Below, piece by piece: positions 46,322 to 56,426 of a stretch of 64,000 bases of DNA. Source of the DNA: Clostridia bacterium (GTDB lineage: Bacteria; Bacillota; Clostridia; Oscillospirales; CAG-272); contig JAGALA010000034.1 of NCBI GenBank assembly GCA_017625935.1, forward strand, positions 18,593-82,592, written 5' to 3'. Every line of letters begins with the position of its first letter. The stretch's first letter is position 1. Both the position numbers and the translations under genes were made by a program. Below the pieces are notes generated by a model. That model saw only the letters and a list, made by a program, of their open reading frames with translations. It did no database searches and was not told where the DNA came from.

Positions 46322-47851
46322 ATGAAATATAAAAATCCAATTATTAGGGGCTTCAATCCCGACCCGAGCATTTGTCGCGTAGGCGAGGACTTTTACCTTG
46401 TTACATCTACGTTTGAGTTTTTCCCGGGTGTTCCCATTTATCACAGCAAGAATCTTGTAAACTGGGAGCTTATCAATTACTGTCTTGTGTCAGACTCTCA
46501 GCTTCCTTTAGAGGGTGCTGCCGCATCGGGCGGCATTTATGCGCCGACCATCAGATATCACGACGGCGTGTTTTTTATGACCACCACCAATGTTTCAAAC
46601 GGTGGAAACTTCATTGTGCATACCGAGGATATTTACGGTGAGTGGAGTGAGCCTAACTATGTTGACCAAGGCGGAATTGACCCGTCGCTGTTTTGGGATG
46701 ATGACGGAAAATGCTACTTTGTGTCGAACGGACTTGACGAAAACGAAAGAGTGTCTATTTATCTTTGTCAGCTTGATCCGTTCACGGGAAAGAAGCATAC
46801 GCCCACTGAGCTTATTTCATACGGCTGTGGCGGCAGATATCCCGAAGCACCTCATATATACAAGGAAAACGGCTATTATTATTTGATGCTTGCAGAGGGT
46901 GGCACCGAATACGGACATATGGAAACCATACAGCGCTCAAAAAATATATACGGACCATTTGAAAAATGCCCTCATAATCCAATTCTTACTCATCGTGACA
47001 CCCCGGGGCGTATTCAAGCAACGGGACACGCCGACTTGATAGAGGATCAAAACGGAAATTGGTGGCTTGTTTGTCTTGCAATCAGAACCGTTAAAAAATT
47101 TCAGCTGCACCATATAGGCAGGGAAAGCTTTTTAGCACCTGTTATCTGGGACGAGGACGGTTGGCCTGTTGTTGGCAACAATGGTAAAATCGATATTGAA
47201 ATGCAGGGTCCTCTCCCGGGACCGACTCCGCAGCCTGTCAGCCTTGATTTTTACGATAATTTTTAAAAAGATAAGCTGGATTTGAAATGGAATTTTGTTC
47301 GCAATCCGAGAAGAGAAAATTATCTTTTGGAAAAGGGGCGCATGATTTTAAGGGGAGGCAAGGACGGTCTTTCTACACCTTTAGGACATCCTACAATGAT
47401 TGCGTTGCGTCAGCAATCGTTTGATATGGAGGCTGTTGTGCATATAGAGGGTGAGGTGCAGTGCGGTCAGCGCTCGGGTCTTTGTGCATTTTACAATAAC
47501 GAGCATCACTATGACATTTTTATAACCAAGGAGCAAAATGAACACGCAGTGTGCCTGCGCAAGCGCGTGGCAGATATTGACGTTATCGTGGAAAGACACG
47601 CGGTGGACTATAACGGGTCTATTCGATTCAAAATTGAGTCAAACGACGAATGGTATAAGTTCTTCTACGAAAAAGACGGAGAATTCTTCGAGTTGGGAAA
47701 AGGAAGGTCATCGTTGCTCGCCACAGAGGTTACATTTCCCAATTCATTTACGGGAACATTCTTTGGTGTCTTTAGCGAACAAGGAAGCATTTCCGTAAGG
47801 AGCGTTGCGGTAAAAGAGCTGAATGATGTTGACACGAGAAATAAAACGTGA
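46322..47851 (+). pseudogene. GH43 beta-xylosidase/alpha-L-arabinofuranosidase interrupted by one in-frame TAA (47264-47266)
   Basis: The N-terminal catalytic domain (NPIIRGFNPDPSI) is encoded at 46322-47263. The C-terminal beta-sandwich domain (KWNFVRNPRRENY) is encoded at 47267-47851. Both are in the same frame, separated only by the TAA. Confidence 0.75.
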
Positions 47852-47934
47852 TATAATTATAAAAAATAGTAATGAGAGGAGCCAGCTGACTGTAGAGGAC
47901 GTTGGTTCCCTTATGCTTTTCAGAGGAAATTTTT

Positions 47935-49296
47935 ATGGTTAGAAAAAAGAAATTCAAGCTTTCAACCACGCAGATTATATTGCTCAGCTTTCTTGTGACA
48001 ATTCTTGTTGGAAGCGGACTCTTGGCGCTGCCGATAAGCTCTGCAACGGGGGAGGCGGTGCCGTATCTTGATGCGCTTTTTATGGCGACAACCTCAACCT
48101 GCGTGACGGGACTTGTTACGCTTCCGACGGTGTCAACTTGGAGCATATTCGGGCAAATCGTCATTCTGCTTCTCATACAGATAGGCGGTCTTGGCATTAT
48201 TACAATTATGTCGGGGATAATGCTTCTTTTAAACAGAAAAATGGGCATTGGCGACCGCTTGCTTATTCAGGACGCCTTCAACCTTAATACGATGTCGGGG
48301 CTTGCTAAGTTTGTTAAGAACGTGCTTTTCGGCACGCTCACCATCGAGGGCATAGGTGCTATCCTCTATATGCTTGTGTTCGTACCGAAGCTTGGTGCGA
48401 GGGGCATCTGGATATCAATATTTAATTCGGTTTCCGCCTTTTGTAACGCAGGAATTGATATTATCGCGGAAAACAGCCTTTGCGATTACGCAACTAATCC
48501 TCTTATCAATGCAGTAACCTCTGCGCTGATCATTCTCGGCGGTCTTGGCTATATCGTATGGTGGGACGTGCTTCGTGTTTTGAGGAGCCGTTCAAAAAAG
48601 AACCGCAGGGTTTTCAGGCATCTTACCCTGCATTCAAAAATAGCGATTACCGTTACCGCAGGGCTCATTCTCGTCGGTGCGATTCTTATATTCATTTTTG
48701 AATACGCTAACCCGTTGACCATCGGTGAGATGTCCTTGCTTGATAAAATTCAAGTTTCCCTCTTTCAATCGGTTACTACGAGAACGGCGGGCTTTGCCTC
48801 TGTCCCTCAGGAAAATCTGACAAACGCCTCATCTGCCGTATCTATTATATTGATGCTTGTCGGCGGTTCACCCGTGGGTACGGCGGGAGGAATGAAAACC
48901 GTGACGCTTGCCGTTCTTGTCTGCTCTGCATTTGCTACAATACGCAACAAGAAAAGCGCAACACTCTTCGGCCGTCACATTTCCGAGGAATCGCTGAAAA
49001 AGGCGGTTGCCGTAGCGGTATCGTTTGTGACAATATGCACCGTGTCAACCGTGCTTTTGATGGCAACGAGCGATGCGTCAGCTCTTGATGCGGTTTATGA
49101 AGCGGTCAGCGCGACCGCGACCGTCGGTCTTTCAAGAAATCTAACGCCATCGCTTAATACAATCGGCAAGCTGATTATTATAGTAACAATGTATTTAGGC
49201 AGGGTCGGTCCAATATCACTTGCGGTTGCACTCGGCAGTAAAAACGAAAGTCAAAACGTCATTTCCGAGCCGACGGAGGACATCAGTATAGGATAA
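47935..49296 (+). CDS. ktrB: Potassium uptake membrane subunit (TrkH/KtrB family)
   Basis: Multiple TM-P-loop-TM repeats with the Gly signature are present (QIGGLGI, NAGIDI, TRTAGFA, VGGSPVGTAGG). Confidence 0.85.
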   Translation: MVRKKKFKLSTTQIILLSFLVTILVGSGLLALPISSATGEAVPYLDALFMATTSTCVTGLVTLPTVSTWSIFGQIVILLLIQIGGLGIITIMSGIMLLLNRKMGIGDRLLIQDAFNLNTMSGLAKFVKNVLFGTLTIEGIGAILYMLVFVPKLGARGIWISIFNSVSAFCNAGIDIIAENSLCDYATNPLINAVTSALIILGGLGYIVWWDVLRVLRSRSKKNRRVFRHLTLHSKIAITVTAGLILVGAILIFIFEYANPLTIGEMSLLDKIQVSLFQSVTTRTAGFASVPQENLTNASSAVSIILMLVGGSPVGTAGGMKTVTLAVLVCSAFATIRNKKSATLFGRHISEESLKKAVAVAVSFVTICTVSTVLLMATSDASALDAVYEAVSATATVGLSRNLTPSLNTIGKLIIIVTMYLGRVGPISLAVALGSKNESQNVISEPTEDISIG

Positions 49297-49306
49297 GGAG
49301 AAAAAT

Positions 49307-49957
49307 ATGAAATTGAAAAAAACATATGCAGTTTTTGGACTTGGACGATACGGCATAGCCGTGGCAAGGGAGCTTGTAGAGAACGGTATGGAGGTTATTG
49401 CGGTAGACAGCGAGCAACGGATTGTCAACGATGCGGCTGCGTATCTGCCCGTGTGCAAGTGTGCCGACGTGACTGACGCGGAGGTGATCTCCCGTCTTGG
49501 CATCGGTAATATTGATACCGTTATTATTTGTATGGCAGGCAATCTTGAAGCAAGCGTAATGGCGGTTACGCTTTGTAAGGAAGCGGGTGTTGAGACTGTT
49601 ATTGCAAAATGTGCCAACGAGATGCATCGAAAAATATTGCTTCGCATAGGTGCGGATCAGGTGGTTTTCCCCGAAAGCGAATCGGGCATACGCCTCGCCA
49701 AAAACCTGCTCAGCTCGGGCTTTATCGATATGCTTTCTCTGTCAAGTGATGTATCTATCGTCGAAATTGGCGTGAAGGATGAGTGGCGCGGCAAAAACCT
49801 CATCGAATTGAATCTCCGTAAAAAATACGGCTTCAATATCGTTGCTGTCAAAAACGGTGAAAGCGTTGACGCAAACATAAATCCCGAGAAGCCGCTTGAT
49901 GCGGAAAGCTCGCTAATCGTTATTGCAAATACCGCAAAATTGGGAAAATTGAAATAA
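49307..49957 (+). CDS. ktrA: Potassium uptake peripheral subunit with RCK domains (TrkA/KtrA family)
   Basis: The Rossmann N-terminus is VFGLGRYGIAVARELVENGMEVIAVD and a C-terminal RCK_C domain is present. Confidence 0.85.
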   Translation: MKLKKTYAVFGLGRYGIAVARELVENGMEVIAVDSEQRIVNDAAAYLPVCKCADVTDAEVISRLGIGNIDTVIICMAGNLEASVMAVTLCKEAGVETVIAKCANEMHRKILLRIGADQVVFPESESGIRLAKNLLSSGFIDMLSLSSDVSIVEIGVKDEWRGKNLIELNLRKKYGFNIVAVKNGESVDANINPEKPLDAESSLIVIANTAKLGKLK

Positions 49958-50007
49958 GCTGTAAGCCAAGCATATCAAATCCCGAATTCTTATTATGAAC
50001 AGAGAAA

Positions 50008-50053
50008 GAGCAAACACGCAAGGCGTAAAACCCTATGTGTCTGCTCTTTTTTT
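50008..50053 (+). terminator. Rho-independent terminator
   Basis: The stem gagcaaacac / gtgtctgctc is followed by TTTTTTT. Confidence 0.7.
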
Positions 50054-50068
50054 ATGCAATGATTATAG

Positions 50069-51928
50069 TTAAATTCTTTTAAGTGTAAAGCTATCCGAAA
50101 TGTGCAAATAATTGGCAAGGACACAAACGCCGTTTTCGTTTAATTCTTCGGTTGTTACTGCCCTGCTTTCACCACCTTGCTTGAGTGTGTAGATGCCATC
50201 TCCCTCTATGAAGGGATAAACCGTTGCGTACTCCTGCACGGGATGCTCGGTATATGAATAAATCCTTATTTCGTTATAGTCCTTGTCGTTAAATTGCAAA
50301 ACGGTGAGCGTTGGCGTATTGCAAAGAATATGGCACTCGCTGCTTGCCCAAAATTCTCTTTCGCCCTTATACGTGTCGATAAACTCGCCCAATTCCTTGA
50401 TTGTGGCGCTTGAAACCTGCGTTAAATCACAGCTTATGCCGATAGGTCCGCCAACGAGCGCGTTTTTGATAAAATCAAGGCTTGATTCCTCTGCCCTTTG
50501 CCAGTTGGACGTGGAGCTTAACAGTATTTTTTCCTGCGTGCCGCCCACGGGATAAGTGGGTGTGAAGCCTTCAACCGAGCGTATAGTAGCCCATCTTTCA
50601 AGCATTGATACAGGCATACGCACAAGCGCGTTTTTGAAAATCTCAAGCTGGGTGTAAATGCCGTGGCTGTCACTCATCCAAAACGAATCAAAATACGGGG
50701 CGTTGGAAAGCGACATTCTGCCGCCTCCGCTTGCACAGCATTCCAAATGCAAATCGGGATAATCGGTTTTTATTTTCGAAAGGAAATAATTATACCCCTC
50801 GTGGTATTTAACAAAGCTGCACCTTGACTTGTCGTAGTATAAGGGGGCGTTTAGGTCAAACTTGATAAATTCCACGCCGTACCTATCAATATTTGCTTTC
50901 AAAACATCATAAATAAAGTCGCAGGCTTCTCTGCTTGAAAAATCAATGAAGCAATGCTCTCCCTCGGTTATGTAATATTCGGGGTGTGCTCTTACGTTTT
51001 CACAATTTGGGTTGGCTCTTTCAATCTCAAACCAAAGACCGAATTTAAGTCCCTTTTCTCGCACACGGTCGGCAAATTCAGACAGCCTTCCCCTCATTGC
51101 GCTTTCGTTTGACTCCTGCCAATCTCCGACAACGTCCCACCAAAGCTGAGTCTTGCCAAACCAGCCTGCGTCAACCGTGAAGTATTCGCAGCCAAGAGAG
51201 GCGGCGCCCTCAAGCTGAGATACAAGGTTGTCAAAATCGATATAATCAAAGTGGCTCATCCAGGTGTTATAGATAATGGGTAAGCTGTGAGGCTTTTTTT
51301 CGTTCCAATATCTGTGCAGCTTGTAGGCGTCCATATCAAGCTTCGATTTGAAGGTGTAATATAGAATGGTCGGAAATGCAAGCACCTCACCCGGGTGCAG
51401 GACGTATCTGAAATCCTGACTTTTTATACCCAATTCAACCGTTACAACCTTGTGGTCCAAAAACTCTCCGTGGCGGCTGACTCTGTATTCAAAGCAGGAG
51501 TTGGACATTATGTGAAAAGCAAGCCCTCTTTGGTTTTGCTCGTTGAAAATTGCTACAAATGGGTTTACGTCTTGGTTTGTGCGGATTTCATCGCTCATTC
51601 CGAAAACGCCGCTTACAAGAGGCTGCCAGCCGCCAATGCCCTCCTTAATATGCTTGCTCGTCTGCGTGTAGACCTGGTATTCGCCGCCGTTTAAGGTGAA
51701 TTTGGAAAGCAGGGTGCTTATTTCAATGTCCCTGTCCGATATGTTTTTTAAGGTGTCGCATCTTTCAAAAACCCCCGAGGAGTGTCTGTTTTTTACACTT
51801 TTTAATTCAATTTCGCTGTTTTTATAGATGATGGCGTTGCCGCTTTTTTCAACCAAGCCGACTGCCCTTTCAAAATCACCGTAAACGGTGAATAAATCCG
51901 TGACCTTTTCGCTATATGTAAAATTCAT
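50069..51928 (-). CDS. GH36-family alpha-galactosidase-like glycoside hydrolase
   Basis: The motifs FTVDAGWF, KFGLWFE, FIKFDLN and ECCASGGGRM match the GH36 catalytic-domain layout. Confidence 0.7.
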   Translation of the reverse strand: MNFTYSEKVTDLFTVYGDFERAVGLVEKSGNAIIYKNSEIELKSVKNRHSSGVFERCDTLKNISDRDIEISTLLSKFTLNGGEYQVYTQTSKHIKEGIGGWQPLVSGVFGMSDEIRTNQDVNPFVAIFNEQNQRGLAFHIMSNSCFEYRVSRHGEFLDHKVVTVELGIKSQDFRYVLHPGEVLAFPTILYYTFKSKLDMDAYKLHRYWNEKKPHSLPIIYNTWMSHFDYIDFDNLVSQLEGAASLGCEYFTVDAGWFGKTQLWWDVVGDWQESNESAMRGRLSEFADRVREKGLKFGLWFEIERANPNCENVRAHPEYYITEGEHCFIDFSSREACDFIYDVLKANIDRYGVEFIKFDLNAPLYYDKSRCSFVKYHEGYNYFLSKIKTDYPDLHLECCASGGGRMSLSNAPYFDSFWMSDSHGIYTQLEIFKNALVRMPVSMLERWATIRSVEGFTPTYPVGGTQEKILLSSTSNWQRAEESSLDFIKNALVGGPIGISCDLTQVSSATIKELGEFIDTYKGEREFWASSECHILCNTPTLTVLQFNDKDYNEIRIYSYTEHPVQEYATVYPFIEGDGIYTLKQGGESRAVTTEELNENGVCVLANYLHISDSFTLKRI

Positions 51929-52148
51929 TTTGAAAATCTCCTTATGATTTGAATTTCTAAATTAACTATATCATATTTTAGCACAGTCCGTCAAGCGTTT
52001 TGAATCGGTTTTGGCAAAACCGCTCTTTAATATTATAAAAATGAAAAGTTGAAAATTGTAGGATATTATGGTATAATTTAGTTGTAAACGCGCCGAAAGG
52101 AAAAAAGGCGCGCAAAAATGTCGCGCACGCGGCAGAAACGAGGGTTTT

Positions 52149-55082
52149 ATGAAAAAGCAAATATGCATATTTTTCGCACTGCTTATGGCAATACTTATGC
52201 TTGCGGGCTGTGCTTTAAGCGGTGGTAGGGACACAGGCGGAGCAACAGATGACACAAGCGGAGGCGAGGTAGAGGTGCCCGATGCACCAACCGATTCCGA
52301 CACGAATGTGGACAAGCCTACCGACACAGACACGGGCGTTGGCGGCGAGCCAAGTGAGCCGAGTGAGCCGAGTGAGCCAAGCGAGCCCGAAAAGCCGAGT
52401 GAGCCAAGCGAGCCGAGCAAGCCCGAAAATCCAGATGAGCCAAGCGGTGTTGAAATTACAGTATCCAAAACCGCGGCACAGCTTGCCGAATCAATTGGCA
52501 AGGGGGAAAACGGTGACATTGTCAGCGGAAGCGAAATCAAGCTTGACAATAACATTTCAGTTGAGTTTGGCAAGGGTACAGCAAACACCGAGCCTGCGCT
52601 TTACAGTGAGGCAATAAGAATTTACCAAAACGGCGGTACGCTTACCGTTAGTGCCAAAAACGGCAGAGAGCTAAAAGCAATTATCATCACCGCATCTGAC
52701 GGTAAAACAGGCAGCGGCAGGCTTGTTGCCTCTGACGGAAGTGAAATAAGCGTAAGTGGCAACATAATTACAATTACGCCAAGCAATACTCAAGAGGTGA
52801 CAGTTACCGTTGGCGGCTCAAATAAGAGTGACCGTCTTTACGTTGAGTCAATTGAGGTTGTCTATATGGGACAAAGCGGCGACGGTACGATACCAAACGA
52901 GCCGAGCGAGCCCGAAAATCCCGATATAGGCGGCGGTGACGGAAAGGAATATTTATATAATGATTTTACCGCCGAGGAAAAAAGCACGTATGAAAAATAC
53001 GTAGGGCTTGTAATTCCGTTCCTTGCAAACAATGATTACTACATAGAAAGCTATGACGAGGAGGGCTATCAGGGCGTTTACCTCTCTGCCCTTTGCGAAA
53101 GCGAGGAGGATTTCGGTTGGTATCTTGCAAAATTCTCATCCTATACAAATGACGGCACAGACGTTGACGAATACGGCGACACGTGGTATCTTTTCTCACA
53201 AGGAAACGTATATATTGACGTTTGCTACTATGAATATGAGGGCGCGTACTACGTTGACGTTGACGCATACCGCGAGTCAAGCGGTGACGTTGGCGGTGAC
53301 ACAACCGAGCCCGAGGACCCCGACACGGGTGACGGAGAGGGCGAATATCAGTATTACGAATTTACAGCCCAGGAAAAAAGCACGTACAACGATTACGTTG
53401 GGCTTGTGATTCCGTTTATTCCAAACAACTACTACGAAATAGAAGCATATGACGAGGGCGGCTACCGTGGCGTTTACTACTCTGCTCTTTGCAAGAGCGA
53501 AACCGCGTTTAGCTGGTATCTTGCAATGTTCTCCTCTTACTCAAATGACGGCACGGACGTTGACGAATACGGTGACACTTGGTATCTTTTCTCACAAGGC
53601 AATGTTTTTATTGACGTTTGCTACTATCAATACGAGGGTGCGTACTACGTTGACGTTGACGCATACCGCGAGTCAAGCGGTGACGTTGGCGGCGATGTTG
53701 GCGGCGGTGACGATGGCGGCGACTCAGGCGGAAACGATAATATCGGCGGCGAGGGTGACAAGGACGTAATAACAAACGCAGGTGCTTCCCTGCCAGAGGA
53801 CGACGGCGACGGAATATATGACGTTGATTTTACGGATGCCGACAAGGTAAAGGACGTAACCGACCAGGGCTACTTCCTTGACGGATGCCCAACGCTCGGC
53901 TCCTCGGGCGTGCTTGTTATTCCCGTTGAGTTCAGCGACAGAACCGCATCGAGCTTAGGCTACGATATAGACAACATTAAAAGCGCATTTGAAAAGGGCG
54001 GCGAAAACATCTATTATTCCGTTTACGACTATTACTACATATCGAGCTTAGGTCAGCTGACGCTTGATATTACCGTCGTTGACGAGTGGTTCCGTCCGTC
54101 AAAGCCAAGCACCTACTATGCAAGCTACACCGATAACTACGATGGGACAGAAACTCCAATGGGTGACCAGCTCGTAATTGACGAGGCACTTGCTTACCTT
54201 GCGGAAATAATGGACCTTTCAAAATTCGATTCCGACTCTAACGGAACGATAGATGCCGTTGTGCTTGTAACAACGCTTGAAATTGACCCCGACACAGATT
54301 TTTATTGGGCGTACAGATATTGGAACATATACGCGGACGAGAATGACAATTACTACGAATATGACGGAGTGAGCGCAAACGATTACCTTTGGGCGCCCTA
54401 CGAGTTCATTCACGAAAACCCCGAAAATAGCGAGGACTACTCCGATAAATCGATTATAAATCCGTACACCTTTATTCACGAGTTTGGACACATTCTCGGC
54501 GCTGAGGATTACTACGATACAGCCTACGCAGGCTCGTCCCCGCTTGACGGCAACGATATAATGGATGCAAAAATCGGTGACCATAACGCCTACACGAAAT
54601 TCAACCTCGGCTGGATAACAAATTCCCGCCTTGTTGTAACAGACACCGAAATCACCGTAACGCTCGATGCGTTTTCCGAAAGCGGCGATACGCTGATAAT
54701 AGCAAACAACTTCGACCCATCCCTTGGCGTATATCAAGAATACTACATAATAGTTTACTATACCGAGGATGAATTAAACTCGGGCGTGGGCGGCTATTTT
54801 GACGGAGAGGGCATTATCGTTTACCACGTCAACGCTTCTCTTTTCTGTGAGGAGTACGATGGCGAGATGTATTACGACGTATATAACACCAACACCGACC
54901 CAAGCGACAGCTACGGCACGGAAAACAACCTAATTGAGCTTGTAGAAAACGACTTTGGTTATCTATTCTTAGAGGGCGACACCTTAGGTACGCTCACTGA
55001 TGACCTCGGCGCGCCCCTTGGCTACACCTTCACGGTTGAGTCCTTGGGAGAACAGGCAACTCTTACAGTAAGCGCAAAATAA
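52149..55082 (+). CDS. Secreted zinc metalloprotease lipoprotein (M6/immune inhibitor A-like, HEFGH)
   Basis: The lipobox is LAGC. An (EPS)n linker and two internal repeats of about 118 aa are present. The C-terminal peptidase domain has FIHEFGHILGAEDYYD. Confidence 0.75.
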   Translation: MKKQICIFFALLMAILMLAGCALSGGRDTGGATDDTSGGEVEVPDAPTDSDTNVDKPTDTDTGVGGEPSEPSEPSEPSEPEKPSEPSEPSKPENPDEPSGVEITVSKTAAQLAESIGKGENGDIVSGSEIKLDNNISVEFGKGTANTEPALYSEAIRIYQNGGTLTVSAKNGRELKAIIITASDGKTGSGRLVASDGSEISVSGNIITITPSNTQEVTVTVGGSNKSDRLYVESIEVVYMGQSGDGTIPNEPSEPENPDIGGGDGKEYLYNDFTAEEKSTYEKYVGLVIPFLANNDYYIESYDEEGYQGVYLSALCESEEDFGWYLAKFSSYTNDGTDVDEYGDTWYLFSQGNVYIDVCYYEYEGAYYVDVDAYRESSGDVGGDTTEPEDPDTGDGEGEYQYYEFTAQEKSTYNDYVGLVIPFIPNNYYEIEAYDEGGYRGVYYSALCKSETAFSWYLAMFSSYSNDGTDVDEYGDTWYLFSQGNVFIDVCYYQYEGAYYVDVDAYRESSGDVGGDVGGGDDGGDSGGNDNIGGEGDKDVITNAGASLPEDDGDGIYDVDFTDADKVKDVTDQGYFLDGCPTLGSSGVLVIPVEFSDRTASSLGYDIDNIKSAFEKGGENIYYSVYDYYYISSLGQLTLDITVVDEWFRPSKPSTYYASYTDNYDGTETPMGDQLVIDEALAYLAEIMDLSKFDSDSNGTIDAVVLVTTLEIDPDTDFYWAYRYWNIYADENDNYYEYDGVSANDYLWAPYEFIHENPENSEDYSDKSIINPYTFIHEFGHILGAEDYYDTAYAGSSPLDGNDIMDAKIGDHNAYTKFNLGWITNSRLVVTDTEITVTLDAFSESGDTLIIANNFDPSLGVYQEYYIIVYYTEDELNSGVGGYFDGEGIIVYHVNASLFCEEYDGEMYYDVYNTNTDPSDSYGTENNLIELVENDFGYLFLEGDTLGTLTDDLGAPLGYTFTVESLGEQATLTVSAK

Positions 55083-55089
55083 AACAATA

Positions 55090-55118
55090 AAAAGAACAGC
55101 CTCGGCTGTTCTTTTTTT
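55090..55118 (+). terminator. Rho-independent terminator
   Basis: The stem gaacagcc-tc-ggctgttc is followed by TTTTTTT. Confidence 0.8.
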
Positions 55119-55179
55119 GCGCATCGGGAGGAATTTGATACAACAATTGATGCAAAAACGGCGAAAAAACGAGGGAAAA

Positions 55180-55500
55180 TGAAAATATTTTCAAAAATTG
55201 TGTCAAAATTGTAAACTGACAAAAATTCAAAAACGAAAGTAATTTTCACGAAAATGGCGAAAAAGTGAAAAAAATTTTCAAAAATGTGCGATTTTGTAAA
55301 AATTAGTGAAAATTTTTCTATATTATAGATTACTTGGTTTATTTTGAAAACCGTACTAAAATTTTACGGAAATTGTTGACAAAACGTAATTCTTGTGCTA
55401 AAATCGGAATTGTGAAAGTATTTTTCATTAATATTGAAAATAATTTTCATAAAACACAAAAGTTAAGTGAAAATGTTTCAAAAAGTGAAAATAATTTTCA
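55180..55500. promoter_or_regulatory. Cluster of about 7 TGAAA-N3-5-TTTCA palindromes plus a sigma-A promoter upstream of the rpiR/BMC locus
   Basis: Palindromes: tgaaaatattttca at 55180-55193, tgaaaaaaattttca at 55266-55280, tgaaagtatttttca at 55413-55427, tgaaaataattttca at 55435-55449 and 55486-55500, and tgaaaatgtttca at 55468-55480. The promoter is TTGACA (55375-55380), a 17-nt spacer and TAAAAT. Confidence 0.6.
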
Positions 55501-55544
55501 TTCAACGAAAAATGAGATGCGAAATTTCAGAAAGGAGGCAAATA

Positions 55545-56384
55545 TTGAACAGGACTTTACTTCAAGCTCAGCTTATGTACAATGACATGGGCAGATCCGA
55601 GAAGAAGGTCGCTGACTGGTTGTTTTCTCACTCCGGTGAGGTACTGCCCTATTCCATAACAGATTTTGCCTCTAAATGTGAAAGCAGTGAGGCAACGATA
55701 GTCCGTTTTTCAAAGCGGCTTGGCTGCTCGGGCTATAAGGATTTAAAAATCACATTGGCACAGGAGCACGAAAAGAAGGTTATCGCTCCTATGATAACGA
55801 GCGAGGACGACTGCTTCTCTATTTTTGAAAAGGTATGCAACGATGCGTATATGTCGCTTGAGCGTACGAAAAAGACCCTTTCCGCCGGCAGTATGACAAA
55901 CGCGGTTAAGGCAATTTCGTCGGCAAGGCGCGTGGTGCTTATCGGTCTTGGCACGTCGGCTCAGGTTGCGGAGGATGCAAGCAATAAGCTGCTTCGCGCG
56001 GGCTGTAACTCAAGTGCGTATGCCGATACGCATATGCAGGCGATAGCCGTTTCTCAGCTGAGAGCAGGCGACGTCGTTGTGGGAATATCTCAATCGGGCT
56101 CGTCTAAGGATATAGTGGAGGCAATGAAGATGGCAAGGGCGCACGGCGCTACCACCATCTCGATAACCTCAAAGGAGCGCTCGCCTATCATAAGGCAAAG
56201 CGATATTGTGCTTCTTACCGATACGGAGGAAACAAGACACAGTACATTAGGACTCAATTCTCATATTTCAAGGCTTGTCGTTATTGACGCCTTGTGCTAC
56301 AAAATCGTTTATCAGAACTCCGCAACCGCCCACAGCGTTGGCGAAAGCGAGGCGGAGCTTCAGTCTAAACGAATAATTGAATAG
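55545..56384 (+). CDS. RpiR-family transcriptional regulator (HTH_6 plus SIS domain)
   Basis: The HTH region is ITDFASKCESSEATIVRFSKRLGCSGYKDLK. The SIS region is GLGTSAQVA. A TTG start at 55545 lies 6 nt after AAAGGAGG. Confidence 0.8.
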   Translation: MNRTLLQAQLMYNDMGRSEKKVADWLFSHSGEVLPYSITDFASKCESSEATIVRFSKRLGCSGYKDLKITLAQEHEKKVIAPMITSEDDCFSIFEKVCNDAYMSLERTKKTLSAGSMTNAVKAISSARRVVLIGLGTSAQVAEDASNKLLRAGCNSSAYADTHMQAIAVSQLRAGDVVVGISQSGSSKDIVEAMKMARAHGATTISITSKERSPIIRQSDIVLLTDTEETRHSTLGLNSHISRLVVIDALCYKIVYQNSATAHSVGESEAELQSKRIIE

Positions 56385-56426
56385 CTTACAATTAAATTTA
56401 TATATCAATAAAGAAGGAGAGGAAAA

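Noticed and set aside
47852-47934. A c-di-AMP (ydaO-type) riboswitch upstream of ktrB, as is common for K+ transporters in Firmicutes.
   Set aside because: Only about 85 nt are available. I could not find the conserved pseudo-two-fold ACGGGGA/CCCGA-type cores, so this is probably just a short leader.
51971-52588. A 205-aa minus-strand ORF rich in Ser/Leu/Gly/Pro.
   Set aside because: It is antisense to the metalloprotease 5' region and is generated by the (EPS)n-coding repeat. It also spans the promoter region.
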